DNA from: Candidatus Obscuribacterales bacterium
GTDB lineage: Bacteria; Cyanobacteriota; Vampirovibrionia; Obscuribacterales; Obscuribacteraceae
Reading direction: 5' to 3'
Assembly (NCBI GenBank): GCA_965228855.1
Contig: CBDDIJ010000003.1
Span: forward strand, 672,001 to 736,000
DNA: 64,000 nt
The notes below the pieces were generated by a model, which searched no databases, had not been told where the DNA came from, and saw nothing but the letters and a program-made list of their open reading frames with translations. Shown in pieces: positions 20,350 to 30,798 of this stretch (its first letter is position 1; every line of letters starts with the position of its first letter). The position numbers and the translations under genes are program-made.

Positions 20350-21600
20350 GTGAGAGTGCGAGATGTCGCATTGGAGAATGAGATGCCTCGAAAGTACATT
20401 TCTCCTCAAAATACAAAGGCGATTATCGATGTCGCAAAGAATGGCTGGCCGCTTTGGATGAAACTAAAAGGCCTGGACGTGGAAGTTGTCGGATCCGGTT
20501 TGCAACGATATGAAGAAGTTCGTGACTCGCGACTGATGATCTGTCCGAATCATCCGTGCGAAACTGATGCAGAAGTTTTGTTCGGCCTTTCTAGAATGGT
20601 GCATGATGAGTTTTGCTTTCTGACGGCCCACGAAATTTTCCACGGTTCGCGCGGTTTGAACCGCGAGTTGCTTCCACGTCTTGGGTGTTATTCCGTGGAG
20701 CGAGGAACCAAAGACGTCGCAGCATTTAAGACCACTCGAGATATTCTTATTTCCAACCATCACAAAATTGTGGGATTTCCGGAAGGAGAAATCTCACACT
20801 TGAACGATGTCGTAATGCCGCTTGAGAGAGGATTGATCCAGATGGGTTTTTCCGCCATGGACAAATTGCAATCTGAGGTCGAGCGTCGTTCGGTAAAGAT
20901 TTTGCCGGTTGCCCTCAAATACTATCTGAGTTCGGATGTTACCAAACAGATTTCGCAAACCCTCGAGCAGATTGAGGGTGAGTTCGAGCTATGTAAGATT
21001 GGGAACGCATCTCTTGCCGAGCGAGCTAAGCGGGCTATGCTCTCTGCTATAGGCCGCCTGGAGATCCGATTTGGCATTTCTGTGATTCCCGGTACCAGTC
21101 TCGACATCAGGATGGTCAATCTCAGGTGGGCGATTTTAGAACGAGTTGCGGATAGGCTCGGCGTCTGCTGTCCGCGATTTGAACGACAAGTCGATTGTGC
21201 ACATATGTTGCAGTCTCTTTTGTGCGACATTCATTTTCATGGTTCCGCCGCATCCGCAGCGCTCGGTGCCGTCGAAGTCCGTTGTTTATATCGAGATCTT
21301 GTAACGGTTATCGATTTAATTGCTCTGGAAGATAGTTTTGTTGGCAAAGCATTCGAGACGGTAAGTGACGAGCAAATCTGGGATATCATCCGTATTTTGA
21401 GACTGATTACCTTCAGGAAGCGAATCAGACCAAGGAAACAAACAGTTCTAGTCATGCTTGGTGAGCCAATCGTGCTTAACGAGTTTTACGCTCTTTACCA
21501 GTCGTCGAGAGCGTCTGCAGTGTCTGAGGCTGTTACACAGCTATCGAACCAATTGGTCGGTATGTTGAAAGAATTGGATAACGTGTTTAGATCCAGATGA
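20350..21600 (+). CDS. Lysophospholipid (PlsC-like) acyltransferase
   Basis: NHPCETD (HX4D) and FPEG motifs; start may be 20383. Confidence 0.82.
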   Translation: MRVRDVALENEMPRKYISPQNTKAIIDVAKNGWPLWMKLKGLDVEVVGSGLQRYEEVRDSRLMICPNHPCETDAEVLFGLSRMVHDEFCFLTAHEIFHGSRGLNRELLPRLGCYSVERGTKDVAAFKTTRDILISNHHKIVGFPEGEISHLNDVVMPLERGLIQMGFSAMDKLQSEVERRSVKILPVALKYYLSSDVTKQISQTLEQIEGEFELCKIGNASLAERAKRAMLSAIGRLEIRFGISVIPGTSLDIRMVNLRWAILERVADRLGVCCPRFERQVDCAHMLQSLLCDIHFHGSAASAALGAVEVRCLYRDLVTVIDLIALEDSFVGKAFETVSDEQIWDIIRILRLITFRKRIRPRKQTVLVMLGEPIVLNEFYALYQSSRASAVSEAVTQLSNQLVGMLKELDNVFRSR

Positions 21601-21720
21601 TGTGCTTTTGGTGCATAGGCGGAATCGTTTATGACGACTCAAGCGCACTTTGGACTCGCTCTCTCAGGTGCTGAAGCTGAGTGAACTGACTTTGATTTCT
21701 TTCGTTCAAAGGGCACGTAA

Positions 21721-22389
21721 TCAATTTCTGTCTGATTCCAGATATGGTTCGGTGATGACTTCGCCGACGTGAAAATGGAGAGGTTCATGTTCTTGAAAGT
21801 GTCTTTTGACTTCATGGTGTCTTATGATTGCACCGTCTCCGAGGGCACGTGCAATTCTGATATCTCGCTCGTTTCCGAATATTAACTCAGCAAAATCATT
21901 GCCACCAAAAGTGGTGTGTTCCGAAACGGCGAACTCGAGAACAAGGTGAGCTTTCAATTTCAGGTTGATATACCAGTGTCGGTGAATTGTTTCTTTGATA
22001 CGTTGACAGATTTTGCCGGCAAGGTTTTCGTCTGCATCCAGGAGGAGAACGGCAAACCTGGTTTTCCCAGATCTGACCACTATGTTTCCGTTTTCCAATG
22101 CCTTTGCGATGACAAGGTCCAGGTTCGCGCATGCTTTTTTAAGCTGTCTCTTGCTGACGTTTTCGGTTCCGGTCGCAACCTCTACTAAAATGATTGAGAT
22201 CGGCAGTTTAAATATCGAGTTTGGATATTTACTCAGAGCTTCCAGAAACACGTCCAGAACCTGTTCCGGCCCAGAGCAATAGACTCGGCCAGTCTGGTCA
22301 AGGCGCGTAAGTTTGACGTGGTTGATTACGTTGTCGTGTATTTGACTGGCCAAGCTTTCCTGGCGATGTTGTAGCGGATTCTGTTCCAT
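21721..22389 (-). CDS. Degenerate GGDEF-like domain protein
   Basis: DQTG...ISIILVEV...VVRSGKTRFAVLL pattern with GGDEF replaced. Confidence 0.55.
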   Translation of the reverse strand: MEQNPLQHRQESLASQIHDNVINHVKLTRLDQTGRVYCSGPEQVLDVFLEALSKYPNSIFKLPISIILVEVATGTENVSKRQLKKACANLDLVIAKALENGNIVVRSGKTRFAVLLLDADENLAGKICQRIKETIHRHWYINLKLKAHLVLEFAVSEHTTFGGNDFAELIFGNERDIRIARALGDGAIIRHHEVKRHFQEHEPLHFHVGEVITEPYLESDRN

Positions 22390-22524
22390 AATTAAGTCCC
22401 ACGCTGTTATGAAGGTATTCAGTGGTACCTGCTTCTATCTTGATGCGGAGCGTGAGTCTTCACATCAACCAACCTACTGAAGAGCCCTCACCGAAGTGGG
22501 TGATTTCCGTGGTTGTTGTGAGGT

Positions 22525-22565
22525 CAACCTTTAGGTTGATTGAAAGATCATCCTCTTTAGTCATG
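22525..22565 (+). promoter_or_regulatory. Two tandem island motifs
   Basis: tCAACctttaggttGATT and tCATCctctttagtCATG, 24 bp apart, upstream of HPF. Confidence 0.5.
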
Positions 22566-22602
22566 TCTGAATAGTTCAAAGGCGAGAAGATTAAGGTAGT
22601 AA

Positions 22603-23043
22603 ATGGAGGAAGTGCTTGTGAGTTTCACCGTGCAGACCGTCTTTCGAAATATGGATCGGTCAGAGTGGATTGAACTGTTAGTCAGTAAGTATGCTGAGAA
22701 GTTGGAGTCGCTCTGTGACCGAATTTTGAGCTGCAAAGTTACAATCGATGTTCCTCGCAAACATCAAGGGAAAGAGAATTTTCAAGTACGCGTGGACGTT
22801 TGTGTTCCCGGCTCCGAGATTGTCGTGAATGGACACGATGTGATCACTGATGCGAATATCAATAGAGCGCTTAGAGAGGCGTTCGAAAGTACAAGACGCC
22901 AATTGCGCGACTATATGCACATCAAGAGGGGTGATGTGAAGACGCACCAATTCAGTGAACCCGCTGCTCCGAGCGATAGCGAGACTGAAGAAGATGATTT
23001 TGAGGTCCCGGAGCTGGAAGCGCCCCTTGCGCTAGAGGCTTGA
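22603..23043 (+). CDS. HPF/RaiA family ribosome-associated protein
   Basis: VFRNMDRSE...SCKVTID...FQVRVDVCVPGSEIVV...EAFESTRRQL. Confidence 0.82.
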   Translation: MEEVLVSFTVQTVFRNMDRSEWIELLVSKYAEKLESLCDRILSCKVTIDVPRKHQGKENFQVRVDVCVPGSEIVVNGHDVITDANINRALREAFESTRRQLRDYMHIKRGDVKTHQFSEPAAPSDSETEEDDFEVPELEAPLALEA

Positions 23044-23208
23044 AATCTGCGTTTTTCGCGAAAGTTTAACTCCCCCACCGGCGCAGGCATTTCGTTTGCG
23101 CCGGTTTTGCGTGATTAAGGTACTCCCTGCAAAATCCGTGTAAGCTTCTATGTCGGATTTCGGTGTCTCGGAATCCGGTGCACGTATTTGTGGTTTGGGA
23201 GAATTCGC

Positions 23209-26200
23209 GTGAAAAAGTTCAAGAAAAAGGCATTCTCGTTTGTTGCTGTTGCCGCTCTAGCGCTGGTCGGGCAGGCTGCATCGGCCAACAGTGGTCAGAA
23301 TTTTCATCAGGCAATCGAGAACGCCGCAAGGCGCGGGTTTGAAGCTCAAAACAGCGGAAGACGGCATAGTGACCGGTTGATTCAAGTTCAAAACCTTGAT
23401 GGTGCTAGAGCGGCCCGTCATGACAATAGAATCTTGCGCTTGGAAAACCGTCACGGAATTGATACTGCTAATACAGTCAATGCTATCCGGGAACAGCGTT
23501 TGATTCGACTTAACAGTATTAATCTCAACGGACTGCCGAGTGATCTCAACTTGAACTCGCGCAGAGACAATTACGTTTTAGGTGGGCTCAGCGGCAATGT
23601 CACCATCTCGCGCGCCGGGTCGGACCTGGTTGTAGACGGAAGCACCAAACTTACTGCCGCGGAAGTTGCAGCTGTTTATCAGGTACTCAACGAATCCGGG
23701 CAAACTCTTTCTCTCGGCAAAAAAGGAAATGCTGATGGCGGCTTCTTGACACTTGATGCCGCTGCGACGGGTGGTCTGACAAGTCTTGTGATTCCTAAAA
23801 ACGTCACTGTTAACGGTGATTTCACGAATGCAGCGGAATTGGGTATTGGTGGAGATTTGCACAACTCCGGCAACTTGTTCGTCCATTCAAATGATGCCTC
23901 TGTCACGACTGCGACAATTAGTGCCGATAACATCCGCAATTCTCGCACCGGCAGTATTGCGACAGTGGATTCGGGTAGTTCGGTTTTAAACTTGAGTCTG
24001 TTTGCAAATATGGACATCGTAAACCAGGGAAGCATCAATGGCGCTGGTGATGTGTCTCTTTCGGCTGGCAGTTCGATTCAAAATGTTTCCGACTCTGGTT
24101 CTGTTCCGACGATTACTGCAGGGCAAAACGTTAATCTTCAGAGTGCAAACATCTTCAATCAGGGTGTGATTAGTGCCAAATCTGGTGATATAAACCTTGC
24201 CACACAACTGGTGACCTTGCCGGCCAGCAAAACCGTTTTCGTTTATGGGCAGGGTGGTGCCTTCAATGCTACAGGCGACATAACTATCGGCTCGAATGTT
24301 TTTGATTCATCGACGGCTGTGTTGCTTAATGGTGGCGATTATCATTCTAACAACCTGGTAGTAAACGCGGGGGCGGGTTCTGCTGATGGAGCCGTGGGTG
24401 ATGTCACCGGTCAATTGAAGGTAAATGCTGGAATCGCTCACATAGGTGCATCAACTGAGAACTTAAATCTAGGTCAATGTGTGATCTCAGGTGATCCGAC
24501 GTTCTTCAACAACAGCGGCAACATCACCGTCAGTGGTGCAATTTCCTTCGGTGAAGCGATTGCAATTCTTGCAAGTGGTGATATCTCAGATAGCGGTCCT
24601 ACGACCATTACGGCTGCGTCCGGTGACGACGGTAAGAACGTGACGATAATCGCTGGTGTGACTTTGACACCGATTGGATTGGCGATGCCGACCACAACTG
24701 TCCCTGGTACCCCTATTGGACTCGGCACGTCCGTCCAGGTCGGAAAGACCTCGAAGACTGGTGGCAACATAAATCTGGCCTCCACGACGATCAACACAAA
24801 TGGTACAAATAATGGTTCTGGCGGTGACGTTCTATTGATTGCAGCCGGTTCGAAAAAAGCCGGCGGGCAGGTCAATATCGGGCACGTCAATGCTTCTGGC
24901 AGTGGGACTGGCGATAACGGCGACATTTCGATCATTGGTTCCTCATCCTCGAGTATCTCTCAGGCGATTACCACAAATACGCTATCTACTGGGGCGGGAA
25001 CGGGCGAGACCGGAAACATCTCCCTGACAGTTTCAGCAGTTACTTTCAGCAAAGATTTCGTGTTTGATTCGACTGGCTCATATACGGGAACTTATCAATT
25101 CGCCAAGAAGTTAAGTACAGGAAATATTGGCACAGAGCAAGTGACGGCAAATGGTGGATTAATCCAGTATTCGACTGCTGGCTCCGCGTTGATCAACAGC
25201 GGCGGTATTTCTGCAAACGGATTGACAGGAAGAAACGCTGGTGAAATCAGAATCAATGCTGGAAACATAACAATCAATGGCGCCATCACCGCCAATGGTG
25301 GCGCAGGTGATACCGAGGTTACTGGAAGTGGACTTGATGGTGGCGCAGGCGGTGCTATCATCCTTACATCGACCAATGGTGGGATCTTCTCGAATGACGG
25401 TGATGCCATTGTATCGCGAGGCGGAGATGGGGGCGCAGGTGCGTTGGTTGGCGGCATCGCCGGCTCGGGTGGCCACGGTGGTGCTGGTAGCAGCATAACT
25501 CTCACCTCCGCGACCACGATCGACATAGGCAATCAGGGCGTCCTGAGTCAGGGCGGCAGCGGCGGCTCTGGGGCTCATAACACCGCTGGTAATGGCAATG
25601 CAGGCGGCTCCGCTGGTGCAGGTGGTGATGGTGGCAACGTGTCCCTATCCTCAGACGGTAGCGACATGAACCTGGTAGGCAACATTCTGTCTCAGGGCGG
25701 TGCAAGCGGAAATGGCGGGGACGGTGCCAATAATGGCGGCGGAGCTGGTGGCGCAGGTGGTGATGGCAATATCGGAGGAAATGGGCAAACCGTTTCGATA
25801 GTGACGTCGGGTGGCGGCAATCTGAATGTGTTTCAGCAAGTTGGTTCCCTCGGCGGAGGCAACGGTACTGCTGGTAATGGCGGTGACGGCTTCAACGGCG
25901 GTGCTGGTGGAAATGGTGCAGGCGGTAACTCTAGTGGTCGGGTCGAGATCGTATTCGGCACTGGAACACTTTCCTTCAATGGAAATGCTGAGATCGTCTC
26001 ACTCAGCGGTGCGGGGGGAGCCGCCGGTAATGGCGGTGATGCTACAGCTACCGGAGGGATTGCCGGCGATGGCGGTGGTGCGAACAGTGGTGGCGCATCC
26101 GGTGACGTCGTCATAACAGGGTCATTGAAGGGTGGCACCATCTCGGGCGGAAGCAATAATGCGATTCGTTCAATTTTGGGTAACGCCGGAAATGGCGGCA

Positions 26201-28158
26201 ACGGCGGCTCCGCCGTCGGTATTGCCGTAACTGGTGGCGATGGCGGTGACGTCTCGGATTCCGGAACCGGTGGAGATGTCAACGTCACCGCAGGGGTAAT
26301 CAACTTCGGCGGACAAATCGTTGCAAGCACATCTGGTACTGCATTTCAGGCTGGAAACGGCGGTGATGGAGGCGGCAACCCTGGTGGTAGTGGTGGCAAT
26401 GCAGGCAGTGGCGGTGACGTAATATCGAACAGTGAAGCGCCGCGTCGGGTCGGTAACGTCACCATTACCGGTGGCACAGTCGATGTGAACATCGTTTCTG
26501 TTGCTGGGGGCGTGGCTGGCGACGGAGGTAACGCTGGGTTTGGTGGCATCTCGGACGGAGGCGTTGGCGGTCGAGGTGGTGACGGCGGCGACGGTGGAAG
26601 CGGTACGAATGCTGGTACGATCACGATCACCGGCGCCTCCATTGCTGCTGCGACGCTTGACGCTCATGGCTCTGCTGGCGGCGATGGGCAGGATGGTAAC
26701 AGTGGGGCTTTCAGCACCGTGACTGGAGGATTAGGAGGAAATGGTGGAGCCGCTGGTTCTCAAGGAAGCGGTGGCACTGTTGTCCTTTCTACTGCTAAAG
26801 GAAAACCTCCAACTATCAACGTCTCTACGATAAACGTCGACGCTGGTTCTCAGTCGCATGCCGGGGGCGGAGGAGATGGTGGCTTCAATGGCTCCATATT
26901 TGCAACTGGTGGGAATGCTGGACAAGTTGGCTCCTCTGGTGATGCCGGCTCGATCACGGTAAATGCCGGAGGCGACGTGAATATCAATACAATCAATGCG
27001 ACTGGCGGCAGTGGAAACCTCGGTAGCTTCGGTGGTAGTGGTGGCACAGCCGGTACCGGGTCTGTTGCTGCAGACGGTGGAGCTGGCGGAGTGATCATTA
27101 TCACTTCCAAGAAAGGAAACTTTGCCTTCTCAGATATTGATTTCGACGGGGGTTCTGGTTCTGCCGCCGGCCCGGCAGGTGCAGCCCCGTCGGCACCGAT
27201 CTCGAGCGACGGAGGTAATGGTGGCGCCGGAGGCACCCTCTCGCTCACCACTGGTGGTGCTACAAACATCAACGGAGGACTCAACGGCTCAGGTGGCACT
27301 GGCGGTGCCGGCGGAGCAGGCTCTTCCGTGTCCACCGGCGGTAGTGGTGGCGCAGGTGGCAGCGGAGGGACCTTCTCCGTTGATGGAACCTCGCTGAGCT
27401 TGAATGGCGTCGCAAACCTTCAGGGTGGCGCCGGCGGCAACGGCGGCTCCACTGGCATCAACGCTAACGGAGGTACAGCCGGTTCCGGTGGCACTGGCGG
27501 TCAGGGCGGAGCGTTCAACATAGCTAATGTGAAAGGTGATACTAACCTCAACCTTATGAGCGTCAGTGGTGGTAATGGCGGCTCCGGGGCGAATGGTGTG
27601 GTCTCGGTTAACCAACTTCCCGTGACCGGAGGTAATGGCGGTTCTGGCGGAGTCGGTGGCACCATCAGCACCACTAAGGTTGGTGGCAATATTTCCGCCG
27701 ACATTATTCGCGCCGATGGTGGAGCCGGTGGAAACGGTGGTCTGGGAGGCAGCCCTACCTCTTCTCCGCAAGTCGCTGATGGCGCCTCTGGCGCTGATGG
27801 CGGTTCAGGCGGTGATGGTGGAACCGGTGGACAAGTTTCACTGTTCGCGGGCAAGAAGAAAGTTATCGACATCGTTACTTCGCTTTCTGCTAATGGTGGT
27901 ACAGGTGGTGCCGGTGCCACCGGCGGAAGTGGCGATGTCGGTACGAATACGACAGGATTTGGTGGCGATGGTGGTGACGGCGGATTCGGAGGAAACGGCG
28001 GTGACATAGTTACCTCGGTCATTCCGAGCACTCCGGCTTCCGCCGCTGGTGGCGCTGGTGGTTCAGGTGGAATCGGCGGTAACGGAGATCCGGATGGATT
28101 GGGCGGAAACGCCGGAACCCCCGGAGCCGATGGAACCGTGTTCCCCGTAGTGCCCTAA
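23209..28158 (+). CDS. Large exported glycine-rich repeat protein (beta-helix plus GGxGG repeats)
   Basis: GTG start, KKFKKK then hydrophobic signal with ASA; many GGxGGxGG blocks. Confidence 0.8.
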   Translation: MKKFKKKAFSFVAVAALALVGQAASANSGQNFHQAIENAARRGFEAQNSGRRHSDRLIQVQNLDGARAARHDNRILRLENRHGIDTANTVNAIREQRLIRLNSINLNGLPSDLNLNSRRDNYVLGGLSGNVTISRAGSDLVVDGSTKLTAAEVAAVYQVLNESGQTLSLGKKGNADGGFLTLDAAATGGLTSLVIPKNVTVNGDFTNAAELGIGGDLHNSGNLFVHSNDASVTTATISADNIRNSRTGSIATVDSGSSVLNLSLFANMDIVNQGSINGAGDVSLSAGSSIQNVSDSGSVPTITAGQNVNLQSANIFNQGVISAKSGDINLATQLVTLPASKTVFVYGQGGAFNATGDITIGSNVFDSSTAVLLNGGDYHSNNLVVNAGAGSADGAVGDVTGQLKVNAGIAHIGASTENLNLGQCVISGDPTFFNNSGNITVSGAISFGEAIAILASGDISDSGPTTITAASGDDGKNVTIIAGVTLTPIGLAMPTTTVPGTPIGLGTSVQVGKTSKTGGNINLASTTINTNGTNNGSGGDVLLIAAGSKKAGGQVNIGHVNASGSGTGDNGDISIIGSSSSSISQAITTNTLSTGAGTGETGNISLTVSAVTFSKDFVFDSTGSYTGTYQFAKKLSTGNIGTEQVTANGGLIQYSTAGSALINSGGISANGLTGRNAGEIRINAGNITINGAITANGGAGDTEVTGSGLDGGAGGAIILTSTNGGIFSNDGDAIVSRGGDGGAGALVGGIAGSGGHGGAGSSITLTSATTIDIGNQGVLSQGGSGGSGAHNTAGNGNAGGSAGAGGDGGNVSLSSDGSDMNLVGNILSQGGASGNGGDGANNGGGAGGAGGDGNIGGNGQTVSIVTSGGGNLNVFQQVGSLGGGNGTAGNGGDGFNGGAGGNGAGGNSSGRVEIVFGTGTLSFNGNAEIVSLSGAGGAAGNGGDATATGGIAGDGGGANSGGASGDVVITGSLKGGTISGGSNNAIRSILGNAGNGGNGGSAVGIAVTGGDGGDVSDSGTGGDVNVTAGVINFGGQIVASTSGTAFQAGNGGDGGGNPGGSGGNAGSGGDVISNSEAPRRVGNVTITGGTVDVNIVSVAGGVAGDGGNAGFGGISDGGVGGRGGDGGDGGSGTNAGTITITGASIAAATLDAHGSAGGDGQDGNSGAFSTVTGGLGGNGGAAGSQGSGGTVVLSTAKGKPPTINVSTINVDAGSQSHAGGGGDGGFNGSIFATGGNAGQVGSSGDAGSITVNAGGDVNINTINATGGSGNLGSFGGSGGTAGTGSVAADGGAGGVIIITSKKGNFAFSDIDFDGGSGSAAGPAGAAPSAPISSDGGNGGAGGTLSLTTGGATNINGGLNGSGGTGGAGGAGSSVSTGGSGGAGGSGGTFSVDGTSLSLNGVANLQGGAGGNGGSTGINANGGTAGSGGTGGQGGAFNIANVKGDTNLNLMSVSGGNGGSGANGVVSVNQLPVTGGNGGSGGVGGTISTTKVGGNISADIIRADGGAGGNGGLGGSPTSSPQVADGASGADGGSGGDGGTGGQVSLFAGKKKVIDIVTSLSANGGTGGAGATGGSGDVGTNTTGFGGDGGDGGFGGNGGDIVTSVIPSTPASAAGGAGGSGGIGGNGDPDGLGGNAGTPGADGTVFPVVP

Positions 28159-28183
28159 ACTGATTCGTCGCTATGTCCAATTA

Positions 28184-28217
28184 AAAAGCGCGCATCTCGG
28201 AAGAGGTGCGCGCTTTT
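28184..28217. terminator. Bidirectional terminator
   Basis: aaaagcgcgcatctc-ggaa-gaggtgcgcgctttt between convergent genes. Confidence 0.85.
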
Positions 28218-28279
28218 GCAATCGGAGAAAAACTGTGTGAAAGCTGTGACTTCTGAGCGATTGCTTCGAAGTCGAATAT

Positions 28280-29323
28280 CTACATAACTAGCGCCAAAAT
28301 CGCCTTCTGCGCATGTAAGCGGTTTTCCGCCTGATCGTAGACGACTGACTGAGGACCGTCGATGACCTCGTCTTGAACTTCTTCGCCGCGATGGGCGGGC
28401 AAGCAGTGCATGAAGATTGCGTCCTGCTTGGCATTGCTCATGAGCGCACTGTTTACTTGATATGGAATAAACGCCTTTGTTTTGTCGTCGGCTTCAGCTT
28501 CTTGACCCATTGACACCCAAACGTCGGTGTAAACGACGTCCGCGTCCTTAACCGCTTCAACAGGATCGTGCGTAATAGTGAGTATTGCGCCGGTTTTCTT
28601 CGCTTCCTCCTGTGCCATCGCCCATAGGGTCGCATCCGGTTCAAAACCTTCTGGGCAGCCTAGTGTGAAGTGAGTTCCAACTTTTGCTGCAAGAAGCATC
28701 AACGAATTTGCCACGTTGTTGCCGTCTCCGATAAATGCGATTTTCAGACCTTTGAAGTCGCCCTTATGCTGAAGGATTGTTTGGAAATCCGCCAGCGCCT
28801 GGCAAGGATGTTCCAGATCGCTAAGACCATTTACGACTGGAATATTCGAGTTCTTAGCAAGGCTCAAGACTGTTTCATGAGAAAACGTTCTTGCCATTAC
28901 AGCGTCGACCCAGCGCTCCAGGTTTTTCGCTACGTCGCTCACTGGTTCTCTCTTGCCTAGCTGACCCTCCATGTAAATCGCGTGACCGCCTAGTTGAGTC
29001 ATGCCAGCTTCGAATGTGATGCGGGTTCTCAGTGACGGTTTTTCAAAAAGCATCACCAGGGTCTGCCCCTTGGCGAAGAGGGTTTGAGTCTCGTCGAATT
29101 TATTGAGATAGAGTTGCTGTGCCGTATCGATTATTAGGTGGATTTCCTCTGACGACAGGTCGGCAATGCCGAGCACGTCTTTGCCACGCATCAAGTTCGT
29201 TTCCAAAACCTTCGCTAGTGGCGACGCCCCTACCGGTGGTGCCATCCGCTGGGAGGAACCGTTGCCTAGTTTTGCGGCGGCTTCTTTGATGAATGACAAA
29301 ACTGGAATCAATACGTTCAACAT
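28280..29323 (-). CDS. argF: Ornithine carbamoyltransferase
   Basis: FEKPSLRTR, HPCQALAD, GDGNNV, SMG, HCLP, QAENRLH. Confidence 0.95.
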   Translation of the reverse strand: MLNVLIPVLSFIKEAAAKLGNGSSQRMAPPVGASPLAKVLETNLMRGKDVLGIADLSSEEIHLIIDTAQQLYLNKFDETQTLFAKGQTLVMLFEKPSLRTRITFEAGMTQLGGHAIYMEGQLGKREPVSDVAKNLERWVDAVMARTFSHETVLSLAKNSNIPVVNGLSDLEHPCQALADFQTILQHKGDFKGLKIAFIGDGNNVANSLMLLAAKVGTHFTLGCPEGFEPDATLWAMAQEEAKKTGAILTITHDPVEAVKDADVVYTDVWVSMGQEAEADDKTKAFIPYQVNSALMSNAKQDAIFMHCLPAHRGEEVQDEVIDGPQSVVYDQAENRLHAQKAILALVM

Positions 29324-29454
29324 AACTTTCTTCTCCTCGTCCGGTCGAAACCTCGACCGCTAAAAACATTTGTTCTTCTCTCGATTCGGCCGGTTTATAA
29401 AGGCGTTGCGTCCGGCTGCTTCATGTAGGGATTCGGGCGTCTCTGCTCGAATCC

Positions 29455-30798
29455 CTAAGGTCGAGCATTCATCATTTGTCCGGCTCCACCGGGCGATTTC
29501 TTGTTTGACACCGAAAGCTTGGGATCGAACAAATCAAAAACATCTTCGGCAAATAAACCGCTGTAGGTTTTATAGTCAGCAATTGGAAGTTGCGTTAGAC
29601 TCAGACTTTTCTCTCTGGCGTGTGCCACCACTTCCGCTACCGTTTCATGTGCTGCTCTGAATGCCATGCCTTTGTTCACCAGGTACTCGAGAACATCGGT
29701 GGCATAGATCTCGGGATTGCTGACTGCTTTCTTCATGTTGTCAGCGTTCACAGACATCTCTGATAGAGCCAGTGACATTACTTTCAGAGCATCAATGATG
29801 GTGTTGGAAGAATTGATCGCGGGCGGTTTCGTCTCCTGAAGATCCCGGTTGTAACCAACCGGCAATCCCTTTAGAGTAATCAACAAGTTCAGCAGATCAC
29901 CGCATACGGTGCCAACCTTGCCGCGAACGATTTCGATCGGGTCAGGGTTTTTCTTCTGAGGCATCAAGCTAGACGTAGTTGTCACTGCGTCCGAAAACGT
30001 TACGAAGCCGAATTCGTTGGTGCACCAGATAATCATTGTTTCAGCCAGCTGCGAAAGATGCACTGCTGTCAGTGAACAGGCGAAAACGAATTCCGCCACG
30101 AAATCTCTGTCCATCACTGCATCAATCGAGTTGGCGAAAGTTTTGTTGAAACCAAGAACTTCGGCTGAAACTTGCGGCGCGATTGGCAGCGAAGAGCCGG
30201 CTATGGCTCCTGCTCCCAGAGGGCTGCAAGCGGTTCTTTTCTGACAGTCTTCGAATCTTTCGGCGTCCCGCTTCAGCATTTCGATGAAGGCGTTGAGCAC
30301 GTGACCGAGGGTGACTGGCTGCGCCGGCTGCAAGTGGGTGTAGCCGGGCATGATTGTTTCAACATGGGCATTGGCTTGCTCGGTAAGTACCGAGCAGATA
30401 GCTTTGATTTGCCAGTTGATTGTCGCAATCTGTTCGAGCACGTAGAGTCTCATATCCAGAGCGACCTGGTCGTTTCTGCTTCTTGCGGTATGAAGCAGTT
30501 TTGCATCCTGACCGATGATCTCTTCGAGTTTTTTCTCCACGTTCATATGAACGTCTTCAAACTCTTCGATTAGCTCAAAGGTCCCGTTGTAGGCCTCGTC
30601 TTTGATTTTACTGAGTCCATCGATGAGATTTGTAGCTTGCGCGGCTGTCAGTAAGCCGACTTTTTCCAGCATCGCTACGTGTGCGAGACTTCCGTTTACA
30701 TCAGCCGCGATCAGATGTTTGTCGTCCGCGACTGATGAAACGAATTTCGTCACCGCCGGATCAAGTGGCTGGTTGAAGGCTTTTCTTAACACTTTCAT
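29455..30798 (-). CDS. argH: Argininosuccinate lyase
   Basis: EDVHMNVE, HTARSRNDQ, PGYTHLQ, SSLMPQKKNPD, YNRDLQE. Confidence 0.96.
   Translation of the reverse strand: MKVLRKAFNQPLDPAVTKFVSSVADDKHLIAADVNGSLAHVAMLEKVGLLTAAQATNLIDGLSKIKDEAYNGTFELIEEFEDVHMNVEKKLEEIIGQDAKLLHTARSRNDQVALDMRLYVLEQIATINWQIKAICSVLTEQANAHVETIMPGYTHLQPAQPVTLGHVLNAFIEMLKRDAERFEDCQKRTACSPLGAGAIAGSSLPIAPQVSAEVLGFNKTFANSIDAVMDRDFVAEFVFACSLTAVHLSQLAETMIIWCTNEFGFVTFSDAVTTTSSLMPQKKNPDPIEIVRGKVGTVCGDLLNLLITLKGLPVGYNRDLQETKPPAINSSNTIIDALKVMSLALSEMSVNADNMKKAVSNPEIYATDVLEYLVNKGMAFRAAHETVAEVVAHAREKSLSLTQLPIADYKTYSGLFAEDVFDLFDPKLSVSNKKSPGGAGQMMNARP

Noticed and set aside
24474..28031. Pro-rich minus-strand ORFs
   Set aside because: Antisense of Gly codons in the large exported protein
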